A stretch of DNA of 63,354 nt, filler included, from Choristocarpus tenellus KU-1152 (lineage: Eukaryota > Protista > Phaeophyceae), in NCBI GenBank assembly GCA_964200185.2. It is 9 parts of 9 records of this genome, joined end to end, with 100 filler letters (N's around TTAATTAATTAA, not from the genome) between each part and the next. Parts side by side here need not be neighbours in the genome. Positions count along the whole stretch, not along the records: positions 43,264 to 54,159 come from CAXNAD020002644.1; positions 54,260 to 60,655 come from CAXNAD020008226.1; positions 60,756 to 63,354 come from CAXNAD020026400.1; 6 more parts are not named here. One strand, written 5' to 3'. Positions 52,281 to 63,354 of the stretch are shown here, piece by piece (the stretch's first letter is position 1; the number at the start of each line of letters is the position of its first letter). The notes below the pieces were generated by a model that saw nothing but the letters and a program-made list of their open reading frames with translations, had not been told where the DNA came from and did not search any database. The translations under genes and the position numbers were made by a program.

Positions 52281-53386
52281 TCATCTGCTAAGAGCCACCG
52301 TTTGTCTGGTGGAAGCAACAGCATAATCTTCGTCGACTTGGCTATCTAGGTGCCCCTCCTTAGTCACCACATCCTTCACCCTCTGACCATTTGTCACCTC
52401 CCCCTCGATAGAGGGGGAAGGCATCTTCCAGATGAATATACCGCCCTCAGAGCCAACGCTGATAATGGTGCGGCAATCTGGTGAAATTCGGACAGCTGAA
52501 ACGCGCCCACTGTGTCCGGAACCAACAGCGGTTACAATCCCATCGTCATAGTGCCAAACCTTCAACAGAGAGAGGGTGAAAGTTAATGCGGTGTTCTCTT
52601 CAGAAAAATGATACAGGAAACGCAAATAGAGGACACCCTAAGGATTGCTTACCTGAGAAGCATTGAGTGTAGTGTTGTGTGGATACCATTGCAAAATAAA
52701 ATGGCCAGGGAGGAGTCACACCACACTGGAAATCTCTTCAAAGTAGATGTACGGAAAGGGGAATTTCATTTCCTTATTCTACAGAGTTTTTCAATAATCT
52801 GGGCAGTGAGCATGGCTGAGGTACAGACCACAGCTGTGTACCGCTCCATGTCCTGGATGTCTTTAAACAGTTGGCAGCCATGGACTGATCCTGTTGGTAT
52901 TGGTACCGGACATGTTAAAAAACTCTGCAATCATTTTGTCTCATGTACTGGTCCCTTCACATTTTCCCAACCTGATGAAAAGTAGTGCTATTTAACCTCG
53001 CACCTAAATGCTTGTCCCTCAACAGTACCACTATTGCTAGCTGCCCTATCCAATCTCTGGAGCTATGCTGCCCTCAATATCCTATTTTCCTCTCCCTGCC
53101 TTGCACTGACTTTCCACATACCCAACACAGAAGGTCCCGCCACCACAATGTACAACATCATACCCCCACTCACACTCAGCTCTGCTTCGGTATTGCCCCT
53201 ACACCATATGATACCCAACCAATCCCTGTCCCATTAACCGTGCTCTAAACTTACTTTGACAAGTCCATCATCGCCTCCTGACACAAACCTATCTCCAGAA
53301 CGTTCCACATCCAGGGTGTTCATTTCTTCCTCGCCCCCATCGATAACTCGTATCGCTGACCCATCATAGGCATCCCAGTATGTCAC
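52281..53386 (-). CDS. CFAP52: Cilia- and flagella-associated protein 52 (WDR16), last two exons (53255-53386, 52281-52559)
   Basis: VTYWDAYDGSAIRVIDG..FVSGGDDGLVK|VWHYDDGIVTAVGSGHSG..RISPD..IISVGSEGGIFIW resembles the CFAP52 C-terminus. Confidence 0.88.
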
Positions 53387-55674
53387 CTATTTTTCGATTG
53401 TAGTGGCTGAGTTGAAAGTGGCGGTCATGAAGATGCGACTTTTTGGATATGTAGAGTGTCTCTTGTTCTTGTAATCTTTGCCATTTGCTTGTTTGTGTTG
53501 AAAGTGATCAATTGTAGGAGCTCTGACAGTGGCTCATATTTTGCTTGGCCCAAAAGTAGGGGGCAAGCATGTTTCAGGGGTGGAGGTGAGAAAAAAAAGT
53601 GTTAGTGCAAATGCCTGCTAGTGCTTCAGAGACAATTGCACCCCGGTGTGATCTATCTTGATCCTATGATTGTTGACAAGGTATCCATTGGTAGACAGGT
53701 AATAGCATATGTGATGAGCCTCAGTTTGACTTCAATGGCTATATGAGGCTCGAAGGCACTGATTTTTCGAGAAAGTCCAAAGTTCAAGCATACATATTGT
53801 GGGCAACAGATAGGCTGGAGTATCTATCCTTGTACAATGATACTGGTACTATCTTACCAATTCTTACCTTATAATCTGTTTCCCTCAACTTGTTCCCCTT
53901 CAAAGGACTGTCCCATCACATTTCAAACAGTCATTCGAACATGTCTTCTGACATTAGACCAAATAACTTGGGCACCAAGCTGTCTTCTATGGCTCAGTGC
54001 ATTTGCCACACAACTCCGCCTTCAATACTTGGGTTGTAACTTAGGGGCATTCATAGCAGCATTGATATAGCATTAGCTCCAAACTTTTCGCGAAGTTTGT
54101 TACAAGACTTGAAAAACCACCCATGGTATCTTAGAGGGGGGGTGTTTTGCCCTGACTATNNNNNNNNNNNNNNNNNNNNNNNNNNNNNNNNNNNNNNNNN
54201 NNNTTAATTAATTAANNNNNNNNNNNNNNNNNNNNNNNNNNNNNNNNNNNNNNNNNNNNGGGGGGGGAGGGTTGAGAATCACACAGCAAAACAGATCTGT
54301 GAAATCCTTCGCCTCCCTTACCAGTCACCTCAGTTCTGTTCATGTAGCATCATTCATGTTTTTTGGACACATTTTAACGGCGCAATATTTTTTGCGACTA
54401 CCCACACGTTTTTGGTTCGGTTGGCTGACTTTCTGGCTGCCTGATCGACCAACCAGGTTGTGTGTCCCTCACACATGTCTATGTGCTTGCATCTTTCACA
54501 AGCAACTTTTCCACAGGCAGGTATGGGTGGCTGACGACAGGTAACAACTTGTCCCACACAGCTATGCTTCTAGTGGAAGCTACAGCAATATTTTTGGCGG
54601 TTAGGTTAACTAGAGGGGAAAGAAACGTCTGAGTAGCTATTTAACTCTTGATACGGAAACAGTAAAAAGGGTCAATGTGTTAAATGAGACTGAAGCGGAT
54701 ACCACGACTGGGGTATTTGGTGAGGAGATGCTGTTATTTTCTCTATCTGTTAGCGACTGCTTGAAAAAATCCATCTCCCCTTTTGGATGGGCATGTTAGT
54801 CAAGAAGTTGCCACCCACCGCCAACCTCAGGAGGATACGGATCGAAAGGGTTACGCTCTGTACGGGTACAGTATGAAGCTGATGTGATACACCAGTCGTG
54901 AAGTAGATGAGTGGGGCGGGCCAATGAGTGTCCCAGCCGAAGCAGGCTCCTCCATCACCATCCAAATGGGTTAGAGGGCGAAAAGTCCGTCGGTTCACCT
55001 GGGGAAGTAAAATATTGCACCTTGTATTGCACAACCGCAAGCGCTTTCCAGGACTAGCACCTCTCCCTTCCCCAAAAACATGGTAGCAAGAAGTTTATTT
55101 AGAGAATACCTATAACCCTATTTCTGCATCAGCTCCTTGGCATGTTAGTGTTGTCCACCAAGAGTTTTAGAAAACCATGGAGCCAAGGTAAGGCACGACC
55201 TCAGCTACAACCTCGGGTATAAAAGCAAAATGGACTGCGGTCACATCTAGTAAACTTCTAAAGTCGAAGCCTAGTTTGCTGGGACGGTTCTCTACGTGGT
55301 TCATCATGGTATTTTGGGGCTTTCAATCGTGTGCTGGGTTTCCAGTATTGGTACTATGACGAAAGATACACCAGTCGCGACGGGGAAGGAATCAAATAGC
55401 AACGACAACGGAGTCCCAGGGGATCAAGTACCGGCCCTGCAATGGCAGGAAACTTAGTGGGATAGATGAAAAACGAGATATTAAGCGCACTTAACCCCAT
55501 GAAAATCTTGGCACCCGTCACACACACACAGGATCCAAGACAGAGCTTGGAGATATTGCCATTTTGTTGGTTTATGAGACAATCAATGACACACAAATTA
55601 TCAGTGCTTAGATTTGACCAGGGTATCTATCATCTTATATGTTTCGAGGGGGCACATAACGAGAAACAACTCAC

Positions 55675-55869
55675 CAACACCGCCCAGTTGTTTGTGTGCC
55701 GGGTAGTGATCGACTGCAACGTTGCTGTGGAGGTGTTGTTAAGTCCCTCTGAAGCTGCAGCAGTGGCGTGACTCCACTCATGGCGGTTCATGGTAAAGAG
55801 TAAAACGAACCATCGTAGATATTTCCCGCTATGAGCGACCACCCTCCCGAACTCTGCCCATCGAGTCAT
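55675..55869 (-). CDS. PIGK: GPI-anchor transamidase (GPI8/PIG-K) first exon
   Basis: Hydrophobic N-terminal stretch, then diagnostic HTNNWAVL ending at a GTGAGT donor; downstream exons not found in this contig. Confidence 0.72.
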
Positions 55870-57199
55870 TGAATGAAGACAATTCCTAGTGGAGGTGTAG
55901 TGTTCCTGAACCTATTCAAACTTTTAAAATATTTGGAAGGCGTTTCGTTATGATGATAATTGTGTAGTATTATTCTACATCAAATTATACAAAATTGTTG
56001 ACCACTGTTCCTACCTCTCTCACTAAAAAAATGATATTCTACACAGAAAATTCTGGTCGGACTGGTGTGGGCTGTTCTTTCTCGCACTCACTACTACGAT
56101 TTTGAATATTGGTGGGAATCTTCAGATAGCGAAGAAGAGGGAGAGAACAGAATATTTTCGAAATAAGAGGAACCATCCCACGCACTCTACACCATCTACT
56201 ACTGCTGTACTATCTGTGACACGCGCCAGAAATCCTGTAACAGAGACCTAACTGTGGACACACCCACGGATTGAGGTGTCTCAGGCCAAGTACAAGGTTT
56301 TCTTTATCAGTGATGGAAAAGATCACAAGGGTAAGCATGCATGAAGTGGGTTGAGCAGTGAAGGAATCAATCCTACAAAACTGGCTGCCCATGAACTAGA
56401 TAGAGTACCTTCATGAACGGATGAATGAAGGTCCCAACTGCTGATGGTAGACAGTTCCATTGGGTGGGATTACCTCTGTTGTGGGATATGCCCCAACACA
56501 AGACGACTAAGAGTCAGTCAAATACATTTTCTGAGAGAAATTCCACACTGCGGTGCAACTCCCCTCAACGTTTTTTTCTGATGAACACTGTGCAGAATAA
56601 GATTTATACTATATACTCCAGAGAGTTTATTTGTAGATAATTGGAAGAGAGACACCATGATGATATTCATATGTGAAGTTTGTTAGTTGTATGGAATTTC
56701 GATATTCTAGGAGTTTGTTGCGTTATTCAGGCACGTGTTCTCATTATTAGAAATATAAGCAAGAAATTGTCTGACAACTTACATATTATAAATAACCTCA
56801 CAACTTTCCAACCTCCTCAGCCAACTTGGTATAATACACTACTGTATAAGGGGCATACATTGTTACATTGTTTTTATGTTCAAAAAAGTGTACGCAAAAC
56901 GGATGTTCCCAATTTGCGCACACAAAGTGACGCCACAATTCAGCGAAGATTTTTTCTGCAATTGTACAAAATAACATTTTTTTGCCCTTTCTTGGGATCC
57001 TTTGATTGCAACCCTGTCTACCTCTCAATTGGTTTGATTCATGTCAGGATTATCGTTGTCTCGTGTGGAACTTGAACGTACACTCGACTTGAAAAACAAA
57101 ACCGTATTGACGTATCGTATCGGTATCAATCCGTCTCCTTGATCGCTTTGGTCCGAATAATTTAATTCGACTACATCAGGACAGACGCACATTAATCAA

Positions 57200-59398
57200 T
57201 CAACAAGCCGGATGTCTGCACCACCCTCAAGGCCTGAACTAGCGACCATGGCTGCTGGAAAAGTCTTCACAGCAGTATAGGCAGTGCCACCCAAAGATAC
57301 ACCTGATGTATCTGCCGATGTCAACAATTTGATATCTTCGCACACATGACTTATTTGTTGGCTGCCTCAGAAGCCTTCCACCCACTTCACATACGGTTTT
57401 GAGGGTGGTGCGCAAGTGACCAAGCTAAAGCAAAATTCCTGGAAGCCTGGGAGGAACGGGAAAGGGCATGGGAACGACAATGCGCAGACACCCCAAATGA
57501 CACTTTCAAGAAGGCATTGAAGAAGGAATTTTGGTGTCTGCCTTGCAGGAGTTTGTTGATATACCTACACTAGGAAGATGGAAGGGCCTTACTCACCATC
57601 GGGACCAAGCTAGTTTCTACCAACACCCAAAAGACTTCGACATCAAGAGCACAAGAGAGAGTGCCTCTCAGTATATCCGTGATGAGTCTGGACAGCTACT
57701 CAGGGAGCATCCATCATGGAACAGTGGAGGAGGTACTTCGGTCGCTTGATCTCTGCTCTAGTGGCTCTCAATCAACGACCCACATCCACGGCCCTCACTA
57801 CTCCTCCCAACGATGACGGAAGTGACTGAAGCACCCCGGGCAATGGGTGATGGAAAGGCTATAGATATCCACACAATCTGCCAGTCGATAAAGTTCGAAC
57901 TGTTGACCTACAGGAGGACGTGGCTATCGCTCAGGGTTTTCATAATATTGTCCTCACTGTGTGGACCCCAGGAAGTCGTGTCACAGGTCTGGAAGGATAC
58001 GATCATCGCCATGCTCTATACAATAAGAAGGCCGCACTGATTGTGGCAACTACAGGGGCATCTCATTGGTGACACATGGTGACAAAGTCCTCTTCAAATT
58101 TGTTGCACGGTGATTGGGGGTTATCTAGAACGGAAGAACATCCTTTATGAGCAATAATTTGCTTTCCAGTCCAAACACTCCACACTGGACATGATGTACG
58201 CTGTATGTGCCGTCCAAGGGGTTAGCTGGGAGAAGCACGCACTCCTTTTCATGTATCTTGTCGATCTACAGGAGTGTATGACTCTACTGATCGTGATCTC
58301 CTGTGGGTTATCCTGGCCAAACTTGGCATACCTCTGAAGATGATATCTCTACTCCGTTAATTCCACGATGGTATGAAGGCATGTATGTGTTCGCATGTGG
58401 ATGATATTGAGTGCACAGACTGATTCGAGGTTGGACAGGGCCTTCGGCAAGGGCGTGTTCTTATTCCGTTCCTCTTCAACACCTTCTTCACTGTAGTGCT
58501 AAGTTTGGCAGTTAAGGAGTTCACCTCTGACTTGACCATCTCCAAGGACCTACCTTGCTGTCATCAAGAGAGAGGCCATAAACAACCCAATCAGAGGAGG
58601 AGGAGGACCAGGGGGAGTGTGACAACACTCAAGTAGCTTTTGCTTGGTATGCTTTGTTCTGATGAAGTAGGCATTTTCTCCAAGACCCAGGGAGGTTTGT
58701 CAGGATGATGACATTGCTTGTGAAGGTGGCCAGACCGTTCGGTCTGACTGTATCACCATTAAAGACGAACTTTATGTGCCTCCGCCCTCCTAATCAGGAT
58801 GCCTAAACCTTGCATATTTAGGCATTGGACCAGACCTACACCAGGTAGAGTCGAAGAACTTGAACTTCGGTTACATGGTGGTATACTTCCCAAGATAATG
58901 ATGTTTGGGTAGTTTGTGAATGAACAACAAAAGCAAGGTGGACAGGGGATAAAATGGTGGACGTGTGTGCAAGACGATCTTCACAAGTTTTGGATTAGAG
59001 TTGAGGGTTGGGGCATGAAGGTCACTGACCAACAGGAGCAGTAGGAATGTGTGGCTAATGGCACAACGAGGGTCATGGTCGAAGGACATTCCAAGGAAAC
59101 TGTGATAGTCAATGTACTTCACACCAAAGCAGCACATAAGGTAACCCAGGTCACCACCATCACCACCATTACTGTCTGCTGAGCGCTGATTTCTTCGTGG
59201 GCTTCTTCTCTTGCTTCCATTGTACATTTCCCTTTTCTCACTCGTGTGCTTTGGGATGATTGCGTTCTTCTCCTGCGGGTTCTATTCTTACCATTACTTT
59301 CTCTTCTCTCTTCTTGCCTTCCAAATACTTTGTTTTCTTTTACGGTACCTGACACCTGTTGTTAAGTAGGGTATATATATATATATATATATATATAT
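57200..59398 (+). mobile_element. Decayed RTE-clade LINE (RT region and C-terminus) ending near (TA)n
   Basis: DQASFYQH..SQYIRDESGQLLR, CGNYRGISL, FHDGMKA, GQGLRQG..LFNTFF, LPKIMMFG..WWTCVQDDL, with many stops and frameshifts. Confidence 0.9.
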
Positions 59399-60592
59399 TG
59401 TCTTCGTTGAACCACTTTCTCGACTTCGGGTCTGGGATCCATCAGACTAATGTAATGATAATGCTCACTACTGATAGTATCATAGTTCCCATTCCTCATT
59501 TCCATTTTACTACTTCAGAACAAAATGTAACCAAGAATGGAGAGAGTTGGAGGTCCAATTACATACAATATTTCTGGATTCCTCTTCACAGGATACTTAT
59601 TTGGCTTCAATGGATCACATATGGCAAGTACGTTGGGAAGGTACAGCTGTAACTCTCTATCCTGCAATATGTTGGGCTAAACTGCATAATAAAGAGACAT
59701 GTGTAAAGATCTGGATCGCGATGAAGGTTTATTGGCTATGGAGTATTTTGTGGGACTCCTGAACCTTACGTGCTAGAAAAAATCGAGGATTGCATGAGTG
59801 GTGTGTAATTAATTGTAGAGGTGTTGTAGAGTAGATGAAATAGTGTGGTGTCACTCCAATGTGACTAGGGGTGAAGGGATTAGTTAGGTAGGGTGGAGGT
59901 GTGAGAGCCATCTTCTAAAGAAGGTATAACTTGAAGGTAACATATCTTGAAGAATTTGATATTCATATGACATTTGTTTTTGCATGCTGAAGGTAACATC
60001 TGCTTGAAGTAAATAGTAGGTGGTTTGAGGGCACCTTGTACCCCCCTCATTCACTTACCACTTGTTCACTCTTTTCCTCAGAGATGTTCTGAGTGAGGGA
60101 TTGCTCTCCCTCTTGACTTGCCTCTCTCCTTTTCCTTGCCTCCTGTTGTTCTTCCCGGTCCCCTTAAGTACCAAGAACCTGTCGGCTTGTTTCCATCTGT
60201 TTCTTAGAGGTGACAATGTAGTAGTAACAAAAATAACAATAATATTGTGGAAATATTTATGATAAGTATAGTAGTGATAATGAAAATAATTATGATAATA
60301 GTAATGATAATAACAAAATAGTAACGACGAAAATAAAAATAGTTACAACAATAACATTAATAATAGTAGTAGTAAGTGGTAACAAATAATATTGAAAATA
60401 ATAAATGATTATATTAGTAATTGTAATAATAGTATAGTGTTGGCAGTAGGCTCATAGATCAACTTTGTCGTGCCATAACTTTTGATCAACAGCGAATTTT
60501 TCCATGAAAATTAGTTTGTTGTGATCACATCACCATGCTTAACCTTATTTGATGGGTCTTGGTTGGTCAACTTGCAATAATCGTGAGTTTTC

Positions 60593-60655
60593 TGAAAGTA
60601 TCTTAGAGGGTACGAATTTTGCCCTGTTTGTCCATTTGGGGCTTGGCTTCTCTTG
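60593..60655. mobile_element. MITE family A end at contig edge (related MITE ends at 54126-54159 and 60756-60776)
   Basis: TGAAAGTATCTTAGAGGGTACG..GTCCATTTGGGG. Confidence 0.8.
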
Positions 60656-60903
60656 NNNNNNNNNNNNNNNNNNNNNNNNNNNNNNNNNNNNNNNNNNNNT
60701 TAATTAATTAANNNNNNNNNNNNNNNNNNNNNNNNNNNNNNNNNNNNNNNNNNNNCCCCCCCAGATACTTTGACCCTCTAGACGCTCCTATCATATCACC
60801 TCACAAGAGCCCCAATAATGGCAGTGTATGAAATATCAGATAAATGTTAGACTTGACATTGGTATATACCTTAAACCGTCGCATCCAACATCCGATGAAC
60901 CCC

Positions 60904-60904
<1 letters not shown>

Positions 60905-60939
<35 letters not shown>

Positions 60940-60951
60940 ATAATAATAATA
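60905..60951. repeat. (TAC)n(TAA)n microsatellite
   Basis: Read directly. Confidence 0.95.
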
Positions 60952-62766
60952 AAAATTCAGCGGAAAAGTATGCAGGGCTCGCCACACTTCGTATTGTCCT
61001 TTTTAACATCCCTTCCAAGTGAACGGAAAACCAAACACCACAGACATAGGTCAAGGAAAATAAACATAGGTCAAGGTCACACACTTGCCCTTGGCAGGGG
61101 GGCAGAAGAAGAAAACCAACCATGACATAACAATAACAAGGCACATAAGAGTACCATTGTGCAAAGTCCTAACTATAACATAATATCACAACAATACTCA
61201 CATTTGTATGGGATTTACTTTGCTCTCCGAATGCCCCTCCACTGGCCCCCTGCTTGTCAGTTAACGCCGCCGTCTCGACAGGATTTCTCAGCACAACCTT
61301 TGCTGTCTTTCCATTTGAAATGTAGATATGTTCTACCTTCAATAATATGCACACATAAACGGTAAATACACATAAATATATACATGCATATGTGCACATA
61401 ATTCACAAACACATACACATACACATACACATCCACAGTAAATTCACACAAATATATACATGTATATCTGCAAAGAATAGACAACTACATAAATACATAT
61501 TACATGCACTTAAATATATACATACATAAGTGCACATCATAGACAAACACGTAAGCACATATTAAATACAAAACATACACATGCTCATCCATTTCCCACT
61601 AAGGGGATGTGGGTCAGAGAGGTCTGGTGCAAGTCCAGCAAATGTTCACAGATCCTACTGTTCGAGCATTGGTGGTGAGCTGAGTCTCGACGATGAACAC
61701 GAAACAGGCATTGACATTTTGCAATCGTCTGCAGTCACAGTTACAAGTCACAGTTACAAGTCACAGTTACAAGTCTTACAAGTCACAGTTACATTTGTAA
61801 GTACAAAAAAGAAAAACATTAGCAGTGACATTACCATATCACACTAACTACTGTTACACTTACAGTCACAAATCCTGCCAAGTGGGCAAAGGAAGTCAAG
61901 TTAATTTCAGCACCAAAACAATTGTAGTAGACACATGCTACAGTTACACATGCTACAGTTACACAGTTACCCAATGAGAGGGAAGTGAACGTAAAATGAA
62001 ATTGCTGTTACACCACAGTTACATTCATGCTTGCAATTACAAATCCTGAGTGGAAAAAAGAAGCCAAGCGATTTTCAGCAGTAAAGATGCAACAAGCGTT
62101 ACCATCATCCTACCGGAAAGAACACCCAACACCATATCATGCTAAAAAGGATCAGAAACAATGCAACAACAAGGTCACAGGCTTCTAACCCTCCCCCTAA
62201 ATCATTACATAATCAACACTATCCTCCGTAGTGCCCACTTCTAAATTGAGCACTTAATAGTTGAAATGCATTACATAAGGTACATTTGATGTAAAAAATG
62301 TCGTATCCAAGTCCTCGATAATATCTAACTTTTCAGCACAACTAACAGCATCACAGCTTAAAATATATATATATATATCATCACCCATAATAAAATAATA
62401 ATAATAATATTAACTACATGCTAATTTCCTACCACAACCCACAATTTAAATACAAAATATAGAAACAAAGATATCAATTTCTTCCTCACACAAGGCCCTA
62501 ACGTCTTACTGTCAAACTTTCACCTGCCCTAACCCTAACCCTAAACCTAACCCTTGTCCAAATCCACCGAACATTAGGGCATTGATATCTACTAGACAAA
62601 GAAAGGAGAAAAAAACATTCAGGCGTACAAATCGGGAGATTCAAGGGTTTCCACATATGCAGGGAGGCATTACTAACGGGCAATACCCTCAATCATGCCC
62701 TGACCATACCATTAGCTGCCTTGACAACTCATCCCTATTGCTGGCTTTTCATATCGTTGTCCCACA

Positions 62767-62815
62767 TCAATATATCCATCAATATATCCATCAATATATC
62801 CATCAATATATCCAT
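62767..62815. repeat. 12-bp tandem repeat (TCAATATATCCA) x4
   Basis: Read directly. Confidence 0.95.
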
Positions 62816-63148
62816 CCCCAGTTTTGTATGCGCGATGATTCAAAACACGGGTGAGCTCATTTCAATCACAGATGAAAAAAATAAAATAGTGTAAAACTTT
62901 TCAACTAGTAATACCAAAAAAAAGAATAGTGTAAAACTCTTCAATAATACAAGAATTAAATAGTATAAAACTCTTCAACTATCAACATAAGAAGAAAATA
63001 GTGAAAGACATACACGCCTCCTCCAGCTCCTCCAGCATACATTCATGTCACCAAATCGAAATAAATAAATAAAAAATTATCCATCTCATAAAACACACAC
63101 ACAACACAACACAATCCAATTTACAAAAAAGAAGACTACTACACTCAC

Positions 63149-63310
63149 CTGTCCTGACTCTAGAAGGGTATTGATAAAGTCCTGCCATGTGATCTCCATT
63201 GATCTTCCCCCCCTCACATCCTTTCCTATCACCCTATCAAACACCGCAAGAAGGATAGCAGCACCCACCATCCACGGCATCACCGGATTCACATGCGGGG
63301 GGGGCGGTAC
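63149..63310 (-). CDS. Internal exon of an m-AAA/FtsH protease (AFG3L2/paraplegin-like)
   Basis: Transmembrane helix followed by EITWQDFINTLLESGQ|V (FtsH_ext motif); 162-nt AG-GT exon. Confidence 0.78.
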
Positions 63311-63354
63311 CTTCACAAAAAAAAAAGAATATAAGAATGGACAAAGAAAGGGGG

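Noticed and set aside
28793-55869. Apparent ER glycosylation cluster (cis-prenyltransferase, OST48, PIG-K)
   Set aside because: The three genes sit on different contigs joined artificially.

Overview
Eukaryotic nuclear DNA, most likely a brown alga or close ochrophyte relative. This is inferred from intron-rich genes, brown-alga-type RTE and CRE retrotransposon remnants, a bipartite plastid-targeting peptide, a flagellar CFAP52 gene and TTAGGG repeats. The window is not one locus: nine contigs are joined by eight artificial 100-nt linkers (44N-TTAATTAATTAA-44N), so adjacency across linkers means nothing. Spliced genes rebuilt by eye: an armadillo-repeat protein, WDR12/Ytm1, an SLC25 mitochondrial carrier, a small SSXT (SS18/GIF-like) protein, a plastid-targeted MJ0042-type zinc-ribbon + RRM protein, the 3' end of RNR large subunit, a cis-prenyltransferase, an unidentified membrane protein, OST48/WBP1 exons, a PPR protein, a bZIP factor, the 3' end of CFAP52, PIG-K exon 1 and an m-AAA protease exon. 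Repeats include an abundant MITE superfamily with 4-bp TSDs and mostly GRG termini (Sola2-like), a pair of tRNA-derived SINEs with an internal variable TTAGGG tract, and decayed LINEs. I found no clearly new multi-gene system. The best leads are the zinc-ribbon-RRM plastid protein, the Sola2-like MITEs, the telomere-repeat-bearing SINE and three very tight head-to-head gene pairs. All family assignments come from motif recognition, not database searches.
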